Source of the DNA: Lepidodermella squamata
Lineage: Eukaryota; Animalia; Gastrotricha
NCBI GenBank assembly: GCA_047495785.1
Contig: JBLDXI010000024.1
Span: forward strand, 1,984,001 to 2,048,000
Length of the DNA: 64,000 nucleotides
Direction: 5' to 3'
Shown: positions 1 through 13,491 of the stretch, one piece after another
How the letters are laid out: each line of letters starts with the position of its first letter
How positions within the stretch are numbered: position 1 is the first letter of the stretch
Program-made: the position numbers and the translations under genes
The notes under the pieces: generated by a model
What the model was told of the DNA's origin: nothing
What the model saw: only the letters and a program-made list of their open reading frames with translations
The model's database searches: none

Positions 1-1046
1 GGCCTGGTCGACCTTTAGCTGAATTTCCGACTCAGTCAGTTGCGTCAGACTTCGCAATGCAACAATGTAGTCAGCGATCACACTTCCCTTTCGAAACCCA
101 GTAATCGTGACACTGATTTTGCTAAAAGCCTCCGTAGTGTTGTAAATGAGAACAAGGGCTGGGTTGAAAATCGCATCGGCCTAGCTGACCAAGCTGAATT
201 GGGGAAGAAGGTACCAATTCGATAGAACGTTCATTTGACAACATGCCAGATGCAGCAGAAGAAAGTAACAATTGGAGACCAATCGCTTTGCGAAAGCATT
301 TTTGGAGGTCAGCTGCAAGAAAAATCTCGAAAACAGCCTCTCTTGGACCCAATACCTCCCTGCTAATTTCTTGTTTACTTCTCATCAAGATCCAACGATT
401 TGCAGTAATATTGAGGCTTCATAATTAGCCTATAAAAAACTCAGGTGTACGTTGTACGGGGTATTCGAGAAAAATTACTGGAAAGTCAAAATGATAAACA
501 ATTTCAATAAAAGCAATCGTTTTTCCAATTCTCCGGATTTCGGAATACATTGCAGGAATTAATTTGCCACGGACAACTGAGAATGGTCTTTTTCTCTTTT
601 CTTTTTACCATAATGCACAGAGAACACATTTCAATCCGCTTCGGGTTTTCCAATTCGATCATAGATAAATCAAGATTAGAACAACAAAGGCTTAGCAAGT
701 TCTTTCCGAGGATCAATATTATCAGACTTTGACGAATAGGTTAATATCGCTAAGTTCTCAGATGTTGGGACCATGAATGTTAGAGGTTTTCGAGTCATCT
801 TTCTAAACTCTAAACCAGAATTAAGTAGACAGCTAAAGGCGACCGAGGCGACCTAATTATTACGCAGGCTGTTCTGAAGGTGGAAACAATAGTTCGCTAA
901 AACTACACTTTGTGCACAATCTTGTTGGTGAAAAAACTGAGGTGAGCTTGCTTTAAGCGTGTTTTGAGCAAAATCAAGATTTTCTGCCAACATTATTTGC
1001 TCAGTTTTATTCTTCTTCTGTTAATTTTATTCAGTATCAGACAGGC

Positions 1047-3710
1047 TTAGAATGAGTTACTATTAGGTAATTCAAATGTTTCAATCGATTTCACATAGAC
1101 CCCAGACGAGTTCCTTTCTGCATGAGCCCCGACTCCGAGATAATAAGGCCCTGATGATTTGAATTCAGGCAGATTGCCTGTCAACACCGTCGAGTTTCCG
1201 TCTCCGAAGACGATTGTCGCAGACACGCTCTCGTCTTCGTAGAAAGCAAGAATTATCGTATTGTCGCCGTACATCTTGTCGATAGTTGCCGCAGGAGCTG
1301 TTTGAAGAACGAATTCCACATTGTTAATTTCAAATCCTGGCGGAGTTGTCGAAGGGTCGGGCTGGTAATACAACAATCTGACATGTTGCGTATTAGGAAC
1401 CGCCAGGAAAACGAAACCGCCCTGAAACGGAGCTTTCAAGCCGTAGAACGAAGATCCGCCTAAAATTTTGACATTGAATCAAAACGACAGCATGACGGAA
1501 AGTGAATACCCTTTTTAACAGGGTTCGCCAGAGAAATAGCTGGAACGACGAAAATAGCAAAACCACCTCCGCGTGTGCCCTTCTCCAGGGTCAATTTGAC
1601 CTGGACGGCGAAATTAGTTGAGGTCGGTAGAGGATGCTTTGACGTCATAGCAGCTTGCGCATGACGAGCATACGAAAACATCAAGGCGTATCGTTTGTCG
1701 GGCAATTTCTTCCCAGCAGGCATTGTTATTGCAAAGGGGTAAAAATTATCTTAAAAAGGAATAGCATTGCAGGCTTAGGATAGTATTTTCCAAATATTAC
1801 CAGCATTGCCATCTTTGAAAACGTGGGTTGGGATGATTTGCCAAGTGTCTGCATTATCGATTGTCGGAGCTGGCAATGTCGTCGTTTCGGGCAACTTGTC
1901 TTCATAGACATTAACGGACTTGACGTAGACATTTGATGCAAAATATCCAGCCGAACCTCCAACGCCCAAGTGGTATGGCCCACCTGAGGCAAAGCCAGTC
2001 AAAGTTATCGATGGCGTGCTGAACCCAGCCTTGCTTCCATCGGCGAAAAGAATTTCTGTAGTGAGGACTTCCTTATCAATTATCATACGAACAGTGAAAT
2101 CGCATGTGAGTGCCTTGTCAATCGCACTGTCTACGGCTTTGGCTTTTGTCTGGTATAAATAAGCTGATGTCACATTAGTAGTTGGTTCTGCAGAATAAGC
2201 TATTCTAATTTCTTTGTATTGAGGATATGGCCTCGCCAAGATCACGAATCCTTGGAAAAGTTCCCCCAGAATGAAGGGAGCGGCTGTTAAATATAGCAAA
2301 AAATGTCCTCATAATTCCAGCAACCAGTAAATGTGAAACTCACACCAAAAAGACGGGTTGTCTGATATGCTTATCCTCGGTACGACGAAGATGGCGAAAC
2401 CATCCCCTGGCGTTCTACTGACGATGTTGTTCATTCGCATTTCTACATCCAAGACGCATTTTGTTCCTGGCGTTGTGAACAAGCTATTTGGTAGCGCTGT
2501 TTTCGAGTAAATCCCAGTTGCATTTCTGTTTGAATTCTCATCTATTAGTTTAACTATTTGGTCTGACGTCTTTCTCGGAAAGAGTGGGTTATTTGTCGAC
2601 ACGTTGTAGTTGCCTAAACAAAGTGAGAACCACAAAGTATTAGATTTTCAATGCATGTTATTGCAGAGGATTACTGAAATCGCCGTTAATAAGACTGAAA
2701 TCCGCCAACGAGCTCCATGATGCCTCTGATGGCCATTGTTTCTGACCTGACGCACGGCATGATACCGGCTTTGTCGTAGTTTTATACCCAGGTGTAGCGG
2801 TGGTTGTAACATCACACTCCATTTTTTTCAAGAGGGCGCAGCTCACGAAATAGGTTTCAATTGATTTGAGGACGACGCCTGAAGTGTACATGCCATTACG
2901 AGCCCCGACACCAAGATGATATTGACCCATAAAATCTTCTATTCCACTCAACATCGCGGGGATTTCCAATACCTTCAGCGTGTTCGCAGCATAGACATAA
3001 ACACGAGCGTTGCTTTTATAAATTATGATTCTGATCACACCGAATCCGTCAGAAGAAAGTAACAGCTGAAGGATTTCATCTGAAGTTCCTTGAACGAACT
3101 TTGGATCGTAAGCCGATACGTTACTTGCCCAGGCTGAAAAAGCTACCTTTGTATCGCCGTAAAACGGCCTCGCATAGAAATACAGTCCGCCTTGAAATTC
3201 TTTCAAAACGCCAGCATATTGTTCTTTATACGAAGAAAGATTTGGAGTTTCTGGTTACCAGAAGTCATTCATTACATACCGCTCGAAAAATTTCCTGCCA
3301 GACCTGCTTTCGGCACGAGAAAAATCGCAAAGCCTTCGCCGCCTTTAGCGCCATTTTCTACGAAAAGTTTAATGGTCACATCTATTACTAGGCTTCCGTT
3401 TGTAGGGGGTTTCGGTACTGGATCAATCGAATAGAATGCAGAATCAGAATACTGAGTTTTGGTTCCAATCATTTGGAAGCTGCCATCACTTAAAAGCTTG
3501 GGCGAAGCTGAATCAGTGATGAATTTAATGAATTTTGCTACAAAAAATAGTTATCATTCAACTTTTAAAATTTTAGCATTAATTACATGCGTCTCCAGCT
3601 TTCAAAGTATGCGACGATAGCAGCGACCACTCAGCTGTTGGCTTGCTCAACTGAGCCCATGCGACGTTGCAATGTAGACCAAAAAGGATAGCGATTTGGA
3701 GAGTGGTCAT
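1047..3710 (-). CDS. Secreted protein with three tandem L-type (legume/ConA-like) lectin-like domains, 6 exons
   Basis: ATG at 3710 gives signal peptide MTTLQIAILFGLHCNVAWA. Five phase-1 GT-AG introns join ORFs 3272-3472, 2658-3206, 2309-2635, 1775-2299, 1460-1723 and 1047-1439 in frame. Each repeat has G[E/D/G]GFAIF[L/V]VP and Y[H/Y]LGVG..G..S.V..KS, resembling the L-lectin GDGFA and YFGVSA motifs. Confidence 0.7.
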
Positions 3711-4227
3711 CAGTCAAGTTGAAAATGTTGCAAAATGTCAGTCGACACTTTTAGTGTACCCAACTAAAAGTGGGTTTAATTGAATGTTTGCTTCTCATTT
3801 TAATTATTTTTTTAGCGAATCGATTGGCTCATTAATTTGGTATTTACTTTTTCACGAAAACCCCTCGCCTTGCTGTAACAAAATGAAGAATTAAGAAGAT
3901 GAACGGATGTTTCGTTAAAAATATAGGTGAAGGGAATCGATTCTTGTTATCTCTCGGAAAGAAAAAAATTAAATGCAAGTTTCATAATATATTGCTCATT
4001 AAATCTATGAAAAAATGTCAACAATCGAGGGAAAAAACCAGCAGTCACCATTCGTTTTTCCCAGGTCATCCGTGGTAAATCGTACGTTCATGTCTTCGAC
4101 ATAGGAAGTTTTTCATTTTTTATTATATTTTATTTCGGAATCATGATAAAATCATCAGCAAATTAGAGGCTTCGGAAGTTTCGTTGCACGGTTTTTGAGA
4201 TCAGCATTCATCCGAATTGCTCCCCAA

Positions 4228-6737
4228 CTAATTGCTCTTCTTGCGCCAAGTTCGGGGTGGATTGGCCCGGATTAACAGCGCGATAAGGCCGAGCAACCGA
4301 AATCCAACAAATAAAGCTAGCATGCAGTAAAAATCCCGGTCCAAGTTATCCTAATAAATCCAAGTTCAACGAAAATTATAAAAAAATTTAAAAAGATTAC
4401 AGGGCTGTAGCTGTAAGCTTGGAGAACAGCCTCGCCATCTACGAAACATCTCGATGCGGCTGATGTCCCATTATTTACAATCGGTAGCGATGTCGTAGTC
4501 AGGTTTCCGATGATTGGCGATAGTGTTGTAGTAGTTGGCGTCTCCGGCGGGAACTCGCAGGTGATATTCCCGAAATTGTGCCATTGATTAATGAAATAAA
4601 TTTCATTCGAATACTTGAACCACGACAGCCATTCAAGCCAAATGAAGTAGGGTGGTATCGATCTATGAACAATTTTATCGTGATATTCCTCGAATTTTCA
4701 AAAAAAACTCACGAATCGTTGAGCAAAAACCCGCCGAATAAGCTGAACGGAACTAGTAAAGGTCCAGCTAAGGCCATGCCAACGTTAGGATTGCCAGCCA
4801 TACATGACACCATACATCCGAAAGATACGACAACATTAACCAGTAAAATTGAAGTTCCGGTACAAATCAGGAAGGCCATAAAGTCAGGTTTGAAGCCTAT
4901 CATCCAGTACAGTATCGCCGTGAAAGCGATAGGATTAAAAATAAAAACTGGCAGGTCAGCCATAGATTTGCAAATATAATAGACTGAAGTACGATACGTC
5001 CCGTTTTCGTTGTCTCTTTTGAAAAGAGGAATCTCTTGCGTAAAAGTCTGGAAAAAACCCAAAATTATGAAATTGGACATAAATATAGCAATTTTTCTCA
5101 CCGTAATTACTCCAAAAGCATTGCCGAAGGTTAAATTAGTAACAAATAGGAAAAGCGCGCCGTTGATGTTTTGAACTCCTTTCTGATTGTTATCCTGCCC
5201 AAGGAAAACGAGGCCAATAACAACGGCGATGAAAAGGTTAGTGAAAAGGCGAATGTTGAGGACTGCTATGTCTTTATATCCCGTTAACAGTGATCGCCAG
5301 CCCACTAATCGTAACTGCGTGAAATAGCTAGCTTTGAAGCGCGACTTCGAGGCCGGATAAATCGCAGCGGGTGACTTAAAAATTATTTTTTTTTTAATTA
5401 AATTAAAAAAAATATTTTATTCTTACCAGAATTGTGTCATGCTTCACATCTGCTGCCTCAGCAATATCGGTCTGAAGCTTTTTGCCATCTTCCGAAGCCA
5501 TGAATCCTTCGTGGATTTTTTGAAGCCGCTCTCGTGCTTCGACCTCTTTTCCGGGGGTTACAGCCAAATTTCGAATGTAAAAATCGGCTGGGTTGTATTG
5601 TTTCGGACAATTGTAACCGGCGGAAGCGAAAAACTCGCGAGCACCCACTGCCGAGCCCATGTACATAACTCGACCCTCAGCTAATAGCAACAGACTGAAA
5701 AAATAAAAATAAAATTATTTTAAAATTTTAAAATTTAAAATTTCAAATTTTAGATTCAAGTTTTTTTTAATTAATCTAATTAAATAAATATTAATTAAAT
5801 AATTAATTAAACTTTGATTAGTTGAACTTAGATTTGTAACCACAACTTACTTGTCAAAAAGCGCGAAAATTTCAGAAGAAGGTTGATGAATCGTGCAGAC
5901 AATCGTTTTGCCGCGGCTTGCCAATTTTTTCAGGGTGGTCACAACACTTTCAGCCATGAAAGAGTCCAGTCCAGACGTGGGCTCATCGCAAAACATCATA
6001 GCCGGGTTCATTAGAATCTCCGACGCAAACGCCAGCCGCTTCCTTTCACCGCCCGACAGCGATTTCACCTTGCCCGGCGTGCCGATAATCGAATTTTGAA
6101 CCTTAGTAAGGCCTAAATCTCGCAGAACACTCCTGACCCGTGACTCGCGTTGCTCAATCGTCGTATTTTGGTCCATCCTAAGCATAGCCTGGAACCAAAT
6201 ATGTTGGCGAACTGTCATTACGCCAACAAATAAATCCTCCTGCTGCACGTAGGATGAAAGGCTGGCGATTCCAGCCCCGATATTGACCCCATTCACCTTA
6301 ACATCGCCAGTGATATCCAACCCATCGATATTTCGGTTTGTCAACACGTTGAGAAGGGTTGTTTTACCCGACCCACTAGCGCCCATAATTGCCAGCAAAG
6401 TGCCTGGTTTCACCACACCTGACACGCCTTTGATAATTTCCAACGGGCCATTTTTCGGTTTTCCGAATAGAGGCTTCTTCGGCGGCAAGATGACGCGAAG
6501 ATTTTCCCAGGAAAGGGTTACAGCCTCAGTTGCAGCCTCGCGGAAACTTTGCTGGAGAGCCGCTTGTTGTTGGTCTACAGAAAGATGCTTATTCAGGGCT
6601 GAAGCTCGACTGCTTCCAGATAGATTGCCGTACGCAGCTTTACCGCCCGAAATTACGGCAGATTTCTCCTCCGATTCAATGCTGCTGGTACTCGATAATG
6701 AACCTTCTTCGCCGAGAAGCCGAGGCTTGTCACTCAT
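4228..6737 (-). CDS. ABCG half-transporter, white-like (copy 1), multi-exon
   Basis: Walker [10 protein letters not shown], signature LSGGERKRL, Walker [21 protein letters not shown] '[12 protein letters not shown]' and 'LFGGFLLN'; stop at 4228-4230. Confidence 0.93.
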
Positions 6738-6822
6738 AGTTAATTTAGGAAAAAATTCTAAAATTAATTGACAATTTTTGATAATATAATTATTATTCAG
6801 GGAATTGAATGAATGGGTCAGT

Positions 6823-9305
6823 TTAGCGACCCTTGCTGAACCATTTTCGAATAGGGTTCATTCTGATAAATAGGAACAAATAACCCAAAACTCGGAATCC
6901 AACTAGCAGAGCTGCCAGGGCGATAAAGTCAACAGCCCAATTATTCTGGAAAAATTAATTGATTAAGCTATCTTTTTTTCGAACAAAATTAGGGCTATAC
7001 CGCGTCGTAGCCGAGGGTGACCAAAACTTCATTGCCATCAGCCAGGCAACGGCTGGTTGGTTCTGTTGCATTTCCAATTGTGCTATTGCTCGGAAGGAAT
7101 TCGCATTCGATCCCGGTGACGTCTTTCCATTGATTGATGAAGAAAAGCTCAGTGGAGTATTTGAACCAAGACAAATATTCGAGCCAAATAAAATAAGGTG
7201 GAATTGATCTGTAATTAAAAGAATTCAGATGAATTTCCGTTAATTAAAATTAATTAAAATTTAAAATTTGACTCACGAGTTGTTAAGAAGATAACCGCCA
7301 AACAAGACGAATGGTACAACGATAGGTCCGGATAAAGCCGCCCCGGTCGCCGGATCTCCCGCCAAAGTTGAAATCATGACACCAAATGAGACGACCACGT
7401 TAGTTGTCAAAACAACGGCGCCAAGGTGGATGAAAAATCGAGCGACGTCCGGATTTAGACCAATCATCCAGTACAAGACAACGACGTAGAGTGATGGGCC
7501 GATAATGAAAATCGGGAGATCGGCTAAAGATTTACCCATGTAGTAGATCAGCGTCCGGTATGTCCCGTTTTCATGATCTCGTTTGAATATTGGAAGTTCC
7601 ATTGCAAAAGCCTGAAATTAAATTTTCGTTTCGAATTTCGGAAAATTAAAAAAAATTAAAAAAAATTCCCACCGTTACAACCGTGAAGACGTTAGAGAAT
7701 GAAATGTTAGTGGCAATTGTGAACATGGCACCGTCTATATTTTGGACACCCTTCTGATTCAGCGGCTGTTGAAGGTAGACCAAGCCTGAAAAAAACCCGG
7801 TTGGAAAATCAATTTCCTTGAAAGAGAAAAATTACCAGCAATTAGAGCGACAAAAACATTTTGAAAAATTCGGATTCGAACAACAGCAGCATCTCGCCAG
7901 ACAGTCACCCAGCAACTGATTTAAAATCCCTTTTTTCATTGAAAATTTAAAAAAATTAGAAAAAATTACCGCCAGAAAACAAGTCGTAATTGTTTCAGAT
8001 AGCTGGCTCGAATATTTGCATAATCAGAATACTCGAGCTCGTCGAAAAATTTCTGAAACAAACTTCTTAAAATATCATATAACAATCTTGGTTGTTAAAT
8101 CTACGTTATTTTTCGCATCTTTCGAGTTCGATTCATTGTCGATTTCCTTCACGATTGCCTTACCCTCATCGGAATTCGCGAACTGATCGCACATCAATTT
8201 CAGCTTTTCGCGTGATTCAGTCTCATTGCCGGGAACAACGGCCAGCGTTCGGACGTAGAAATCAGCCGGGTTGTACATGGGCGGGCAAACGTGACCTAAT
8301 TTAGCGAAAAAATCGCTCGCACCTTGCGCTGACCCGATGTAATTAACGCGGCCCTCAGACAGCAACATTAGCCTTGAAATTGAAAGAAAAATTAAAATTA
8401 AAATTTCAAATTTCAAATTTCAAAAATGCGAAATTTTAAAATTAATTTAATAAATTTTTTATAAATGTTTATAAATTTAATTACTTGTCAAATAGCTGGA
8501 AAACTTCAGAAGAAGGTTGATGAATCGTTGTAATAATAGTTCGCCCAGCGCTAGCCAACGATCGCAAGGTGGCTACAATATTTTCAGCCATAAATGAATC
8601 CAACCCAGAGGTCGGCTCGTCGCAGAACAAAATCGCCGGATTAGTCAGCACTTCAGTTGCGAATGACAGCCGCTTCCGTTCACCGCCCGACAGCGACTTG
8701 ACAATACCCGGCGTTCCGATAATTGTATTCTCGCATTTCCCTAAACCCAGCTCGCGGACAACCTCGCTGATACGTCTATCAAGCTGGGCCGGCGTCACGG
8801 TCTGATCCAATCGCAACGAGGCTTGGAAGTACAAATGCTCGCGGACGGTTAGGACGCCGATGAAAAGATCCTCCTGCTGAACGTAGGCCGAAATGCCGCG
8901 GATTTTTTCGCCGATATTAACGCCATTTACTAAGACATCGCCCGACATTTGAAGGTCGTCCGATGATCGCTGCGTAAGGACGTTCAACAGGGTCGTCTTA
9001 CCTGACCCACTCGCACCCATGATAGCTAACAAATTGCCCGGTTGAACGATTCCAGAAACTGAGATAGTAATTTATTTGTATGGATTTTTGAGGAAACATT
9101 GCTGGTACTTACCTCCTTTCAGAATTTGAATTTCAGGTGTTACCTTGCGAGTGAAAAATGACTTCTTCGCGGGAACCGTCACGCGTAGATCGCGCCAGGC
9201 TAGAGACACCCTGGTACCACTGCTTACGGGTCCTTCCTCGCCCACAGCTCCATACTGCTTCTGGCCTCGTACAGCCGAGGCTAGACCATCATCGCCTTTC
9301 ATCAT
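6823..9305 (-). CDS. ABCG half-transporter, white-like (copy 2), multi-exon
   Basis: [50 protein letters not shown]; the exons checked join through short GT-AG introns; stop at 6823-6825. Confidence 0.93.
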
Positions 9306-9617
9306 GTTTCAAAGTGTACGAAAATGTTTAAGTGTGTTTCAGTTTTCAAGCCAACCTAGTTTAGCACGACAAGAACCGGTTTATCTGATGCGTTTTGGTC
9401 TCGCTGCCCACAACTTGGACTACGCGGCTTGAGATAAAAGCATGCTTAATCTGAATTCCGCCATGATACGTAAACACCCTGTACCTAATTTTCGACAGAT
9501 AATGAGCACTTACACAACACTTGACGAGTCACTTCTATTTTATTCAGAAATTATATAAAATCCAACAATTTTTATTTAATAATACATTATGCGTTAGTCA
9601 CATCGATTTAAATTTTT

Positions 9618-12291
9618 TCAGAATCGAACTGCGCTCATGTTGGCAACAGTCGGGGTACCGGGCGTTGGCTCTGGCGGGTCGTGCGGGGTTCGACGGCGGA
9701 TGCGAATGGGATTCGCACGAATAAGGAGGCAAATGAAGCCAAGAATACGAAAAGCGATGAGTAAAACGGCCAAAAGAATGAAATCGCGGAAGAAATTATC
9801 CTTGAAAAAAGGAAAAATTAACTCCCAAAAATCTGAAAATAATCGAATTATTACCGGGCTGTAATTGAAAGCGGCGATAACTTCTTCGCCTGACCGGAAG
9901 CAGCGGGAGGGGTAAGTTCCATTACCTCCATCTCCGCCATGGATGGTTGAATTGGCGGGGACGAATTCGCAGCTAGTTCGAGGCAGCGAATAGAAAAAAT
10001 TCAAAAATCTGGAGAAAAACTCACTTAATCGGGCCAAAATTATGCCACTGGTTGACCTGCAAAATTTCGTTAGCGTACTTGAACCATGACATCCATTTCA
10101 GCCACGAAAAATATTCCGGAATCGACCTGAAAAAATAAGAGCCCTTTTTTAGTTGATAGCGCACATGTCACCGCGTATTATTATAATAGGTCGCGCACAT
10201 TACTATCAAGTGAAAATGGGTCATTTTTGCGAAAACTCACGCGTCATTAAGAAGAAAGCCGCCGAAAAAGACGAATGGCATCAATAGCGGACCAGCAAGC
10301 ACGGTGGCTCGGTTGCTTTCACCCGCTGCTGTGGAAATCAGATAGCCGAAAGACGCGACCGCGTTTGTTAACAGGATAGCGCAAGCGCAGCCGATCAAAA
10401 ATGCCATGTAATCATTCCTGAGGCCAACCATCCAATAAGTTATCTGAAATTTAAATAAGCTTAAATAGTTGGACAGTCAATTTTGTTCTTACTGATATGA
10501 AAATGATCGGATTGAGGATGAGAATTGGCACGTCGGCAAGCGTTCGGCATATGTAGTACATCGATGTTCGATAACTGCCATTTTCATGCTCACGTTTGAA
10601 GAGCGGAAGTTCAGCGGTGAATGCCTGGAAAATTTATTTTCACTAAAATTTCAAAAAATCATTTTCAAGCCCTCTATACCAGAATAACGCCGAAAGCGTT
10701 CGAGAAGGTCATATTCGTGCAAATGAGGAAAATGCAGCCGTTGATGTTTTGAACACCCTTCTGATCATTTTGCTGCGCCAGAAAAACGAGCCCAGTGAAG
10801 AGGGCGATGAAAATGTTTTGCAGCAATCGAATTCGCGCGTACATCTTCTCGCGATAATTAGCCGCCGCTGATCGCCAGGCCAAGCATCGAAATTGCCGAA
10901 ATACGTTCGCCTTAACGAGCGGCGCCTTCAAAACTTCGGCGGAGATGGCCTGCGATTCGGTGTTGGTCATGTCGTTCGCTTCGTTGATGCTTGCGATCAT
11001 TCTACGCCCGCTTTCCGATGTCCGGAATGAGTTCGATAACTTCTTGATACGAGCTCGACAGTCTTCAACTTGCCCGGGTACTACGGCAACTGTTCGAACG
11101 TAAAAATCAGCCTGTGTATAATTAGAGAAAATTGAAACTAAATTTCAAGAACTTTTTCTGGGACTAACCGGATTATAGAGAGTGGGACAAGCAAAACCGG
11201 CCCCAGCAAAAAAGTCACGTGCCCCAGTTGCGGAGCCCAGATAGACCAAACGACCTTCGGCAAGCAGCATAAGACTAAATTAAAAAAATAATTGAAAGTT
11301 TTTTAAATATTTAAAAATTCCTCCTTAATTTTTTTTAATTTCAAAATTCTAACAATTAAATTTCCTATAATTTTTGAGATTCGATTTCAAATTGTTTTCA
11401 CTAATTTAACGGACTAACTTATCGAACAAGGCGAAGATTTCAGAGGATGGCTGGTGAATAGTACACAGAATCGCTTTTCCCTTCACAGCCAAATTTTTCA
11501 GGTATTGAACAACGCTTTCAGCCATATAGGAATCAAGACCGGAAGTTGGCTCGTCGCAGAACATGATGTGAGGATTCGTCAAAATTTCCGACGCAAAAGC
11601 GAGACGTTTGCGTTCACCGCCCGATATCGACTTGAGCTGACCCGGCACGCCGATAATTGAATTTTCGCATTTTTGAAGGCCAAGATCGCGAATGACCTCC
11701 TCGATGCGTCGGTCACGCTCGGCTGCATTAACGCTCTGGTCCATGCGCAGGAGGGCTTGAAACCACAGATGCTCGCGGACAGTCAAGACGCCGACGAAGA
11801 GGTCTTCTTGCTGGACGTAGGCGGAAATGTTTGAAATTCGAGAGCCGAGGCTCATCCCGTTGACCTTCACAGTGCCGCTCATGTCGAAATCGCCGAGATT
11901 GCGGTTGGTTAGGACGTTGAGCATCGTCGTTTTACCAGAGCCACTGCTACCCATTATTGCCATCAAAGTCCCTGATTTTACAATTCCAGAAACTGAAAAA
12001 ATGGAGAATAATTTCCCATTGAGTAATTATTTCAAAATCCTCACCATTTCGGATAATCTTTTGAGGCTTTGCAGGTGCTTTGCCAAAACAAGCTCGCTTT
12101 TTCCTCAGCGAGACATTGATATTTTCCCAAGCTAATGAGATTTCGGCAGGATTGGATGGAGATTCAATAGGAATGATGACCGGTTGAGATGTTTGAGGTG
12201 TGTCGTTGATAACCAGGTCAGGCGAGCCAGGGCTTGTTGGTTCATCAATATCGTTGTCATCGGTGTCAACAATAATGGAAGATTTATCCAT
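9618..12291 (-). CDS. ABCG half-transporter, white-like (copy 3), multi-exon
   Basis: [49 protein letters not shown]; Pro-rich C-terminal tail. Confidence 0.92.
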
Positions 12292-12738
12292 TTTTGCAGG
12301 CTAATAAAATCTTCAACAAACTAATGTGTTTAAAATGTTGTTAATCGTGTGTTGTAAAAAGTATGAATTAAATTTTTGAATGAGTATGGTTTAGAGCTGC
12401 CTGAAACGAGCAGCAGATGCGCTCAGGAACCAGAAGGTGGTAGCGTCTAACAGAAACAAATATTTTTCGGCCTAATTGAAAGACGCATTCTGCTTTTCTG
12501 AATGAATAATAAACGAAAATTATGCCACAATCGGACATTGAACTCGTTCCGCCCGACACCATACGGGACCCACAGCGGCAAAAAATACTACTGTGTAAAT
12601 AATTATTATATTCCTGAAAACGTTTTTTTGGCAGTGTGGTAGTAGGGCTACTACTGAAGCACGTGTTTACCAAGCGTGAATATATTAATGGCAGCGCAAT
12701 ACAACAAGGCTGAGCTCTTGAATCAACATAGTGTGTAA

Positions 12739-12810
12739 TCCTTGGTAGTATAGTGGTTAGTATCCCCGCCTGTCACGCGGGAGACCAGGGTTCGATTCCC
12801 TGCCAAGGAG
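12739..12810 (+). tRNA. tRNA-Asp (GTC)
   Basis: TCCTTGG/CCAAGGA acceptor stem, D-arm TAGTATAGTGGTTAGTA, anticodon loop CTGTCAC, T-loop GGTTCGATTCC; 72 nt; followed by a T-run Pol III terminator. Confidence 0.96.
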
Positions 12811-13491
12811 CAATTTTTTAAATTTTTTATTTTTATTTTTTTATTTTTTTTAATATAGTAGTGCAGCTTAAATTGTCAAGTACTTGAAAACTGCTTGAAA
12901 ACTATACGAATTAAAAATTACACATTATTTTATATGTGTGTTATCCGGGTCGTATCGCAAACTATTCAGGGTTACTAGTATGGTACTTACACCCTCGCTA
13001 AATTTACATTGATTTAATTTGAAATTTATAAGTCCAACTTAAACAATCTTGAAATTTTTTTCCTTACTGCCCGATTCGATACCGGTCGTGAGCTTTTTTC
13101 TTCCGAACTTCTGCCCAATTTTCACCCATTCTTTTGTGATTTTTAATAAAATCGTTTTAGTAGTGTTGCTAGAACTTACTGGGTCGTTACTTATGTGCTT
13201 GTCAAGAGAGGTTTTTTGTGATATATTCTGAACAAGCGGGCATTTTTTACTAACTTTACAATATAAATGTCAGAAAATCCCTGCTTGCAAGAAGGTTTTA
13301 TCATTTTATAATTCGGCCATTAAGAAGGCATAGTTTACGATACGATCCGGATACGATACGGATAAAATCTAGAATTGATAAGAGCTGAGATATAAGTATT
13401 AGCCTTATGGCCACCGACCCCTGCGACATATCTATATGACGTAAGATTAGCCACTATTTTCGGCACGAATACGCTGCCAAAAATAATAAGA

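Noticed and set aside
243-428. ORF containing NNWRPIAL, resembling the non-LTR RT 'NWRPISL' motif
   Set aside because: Single short motif with no further RT motifs in frame; at most a highly decayed relic.
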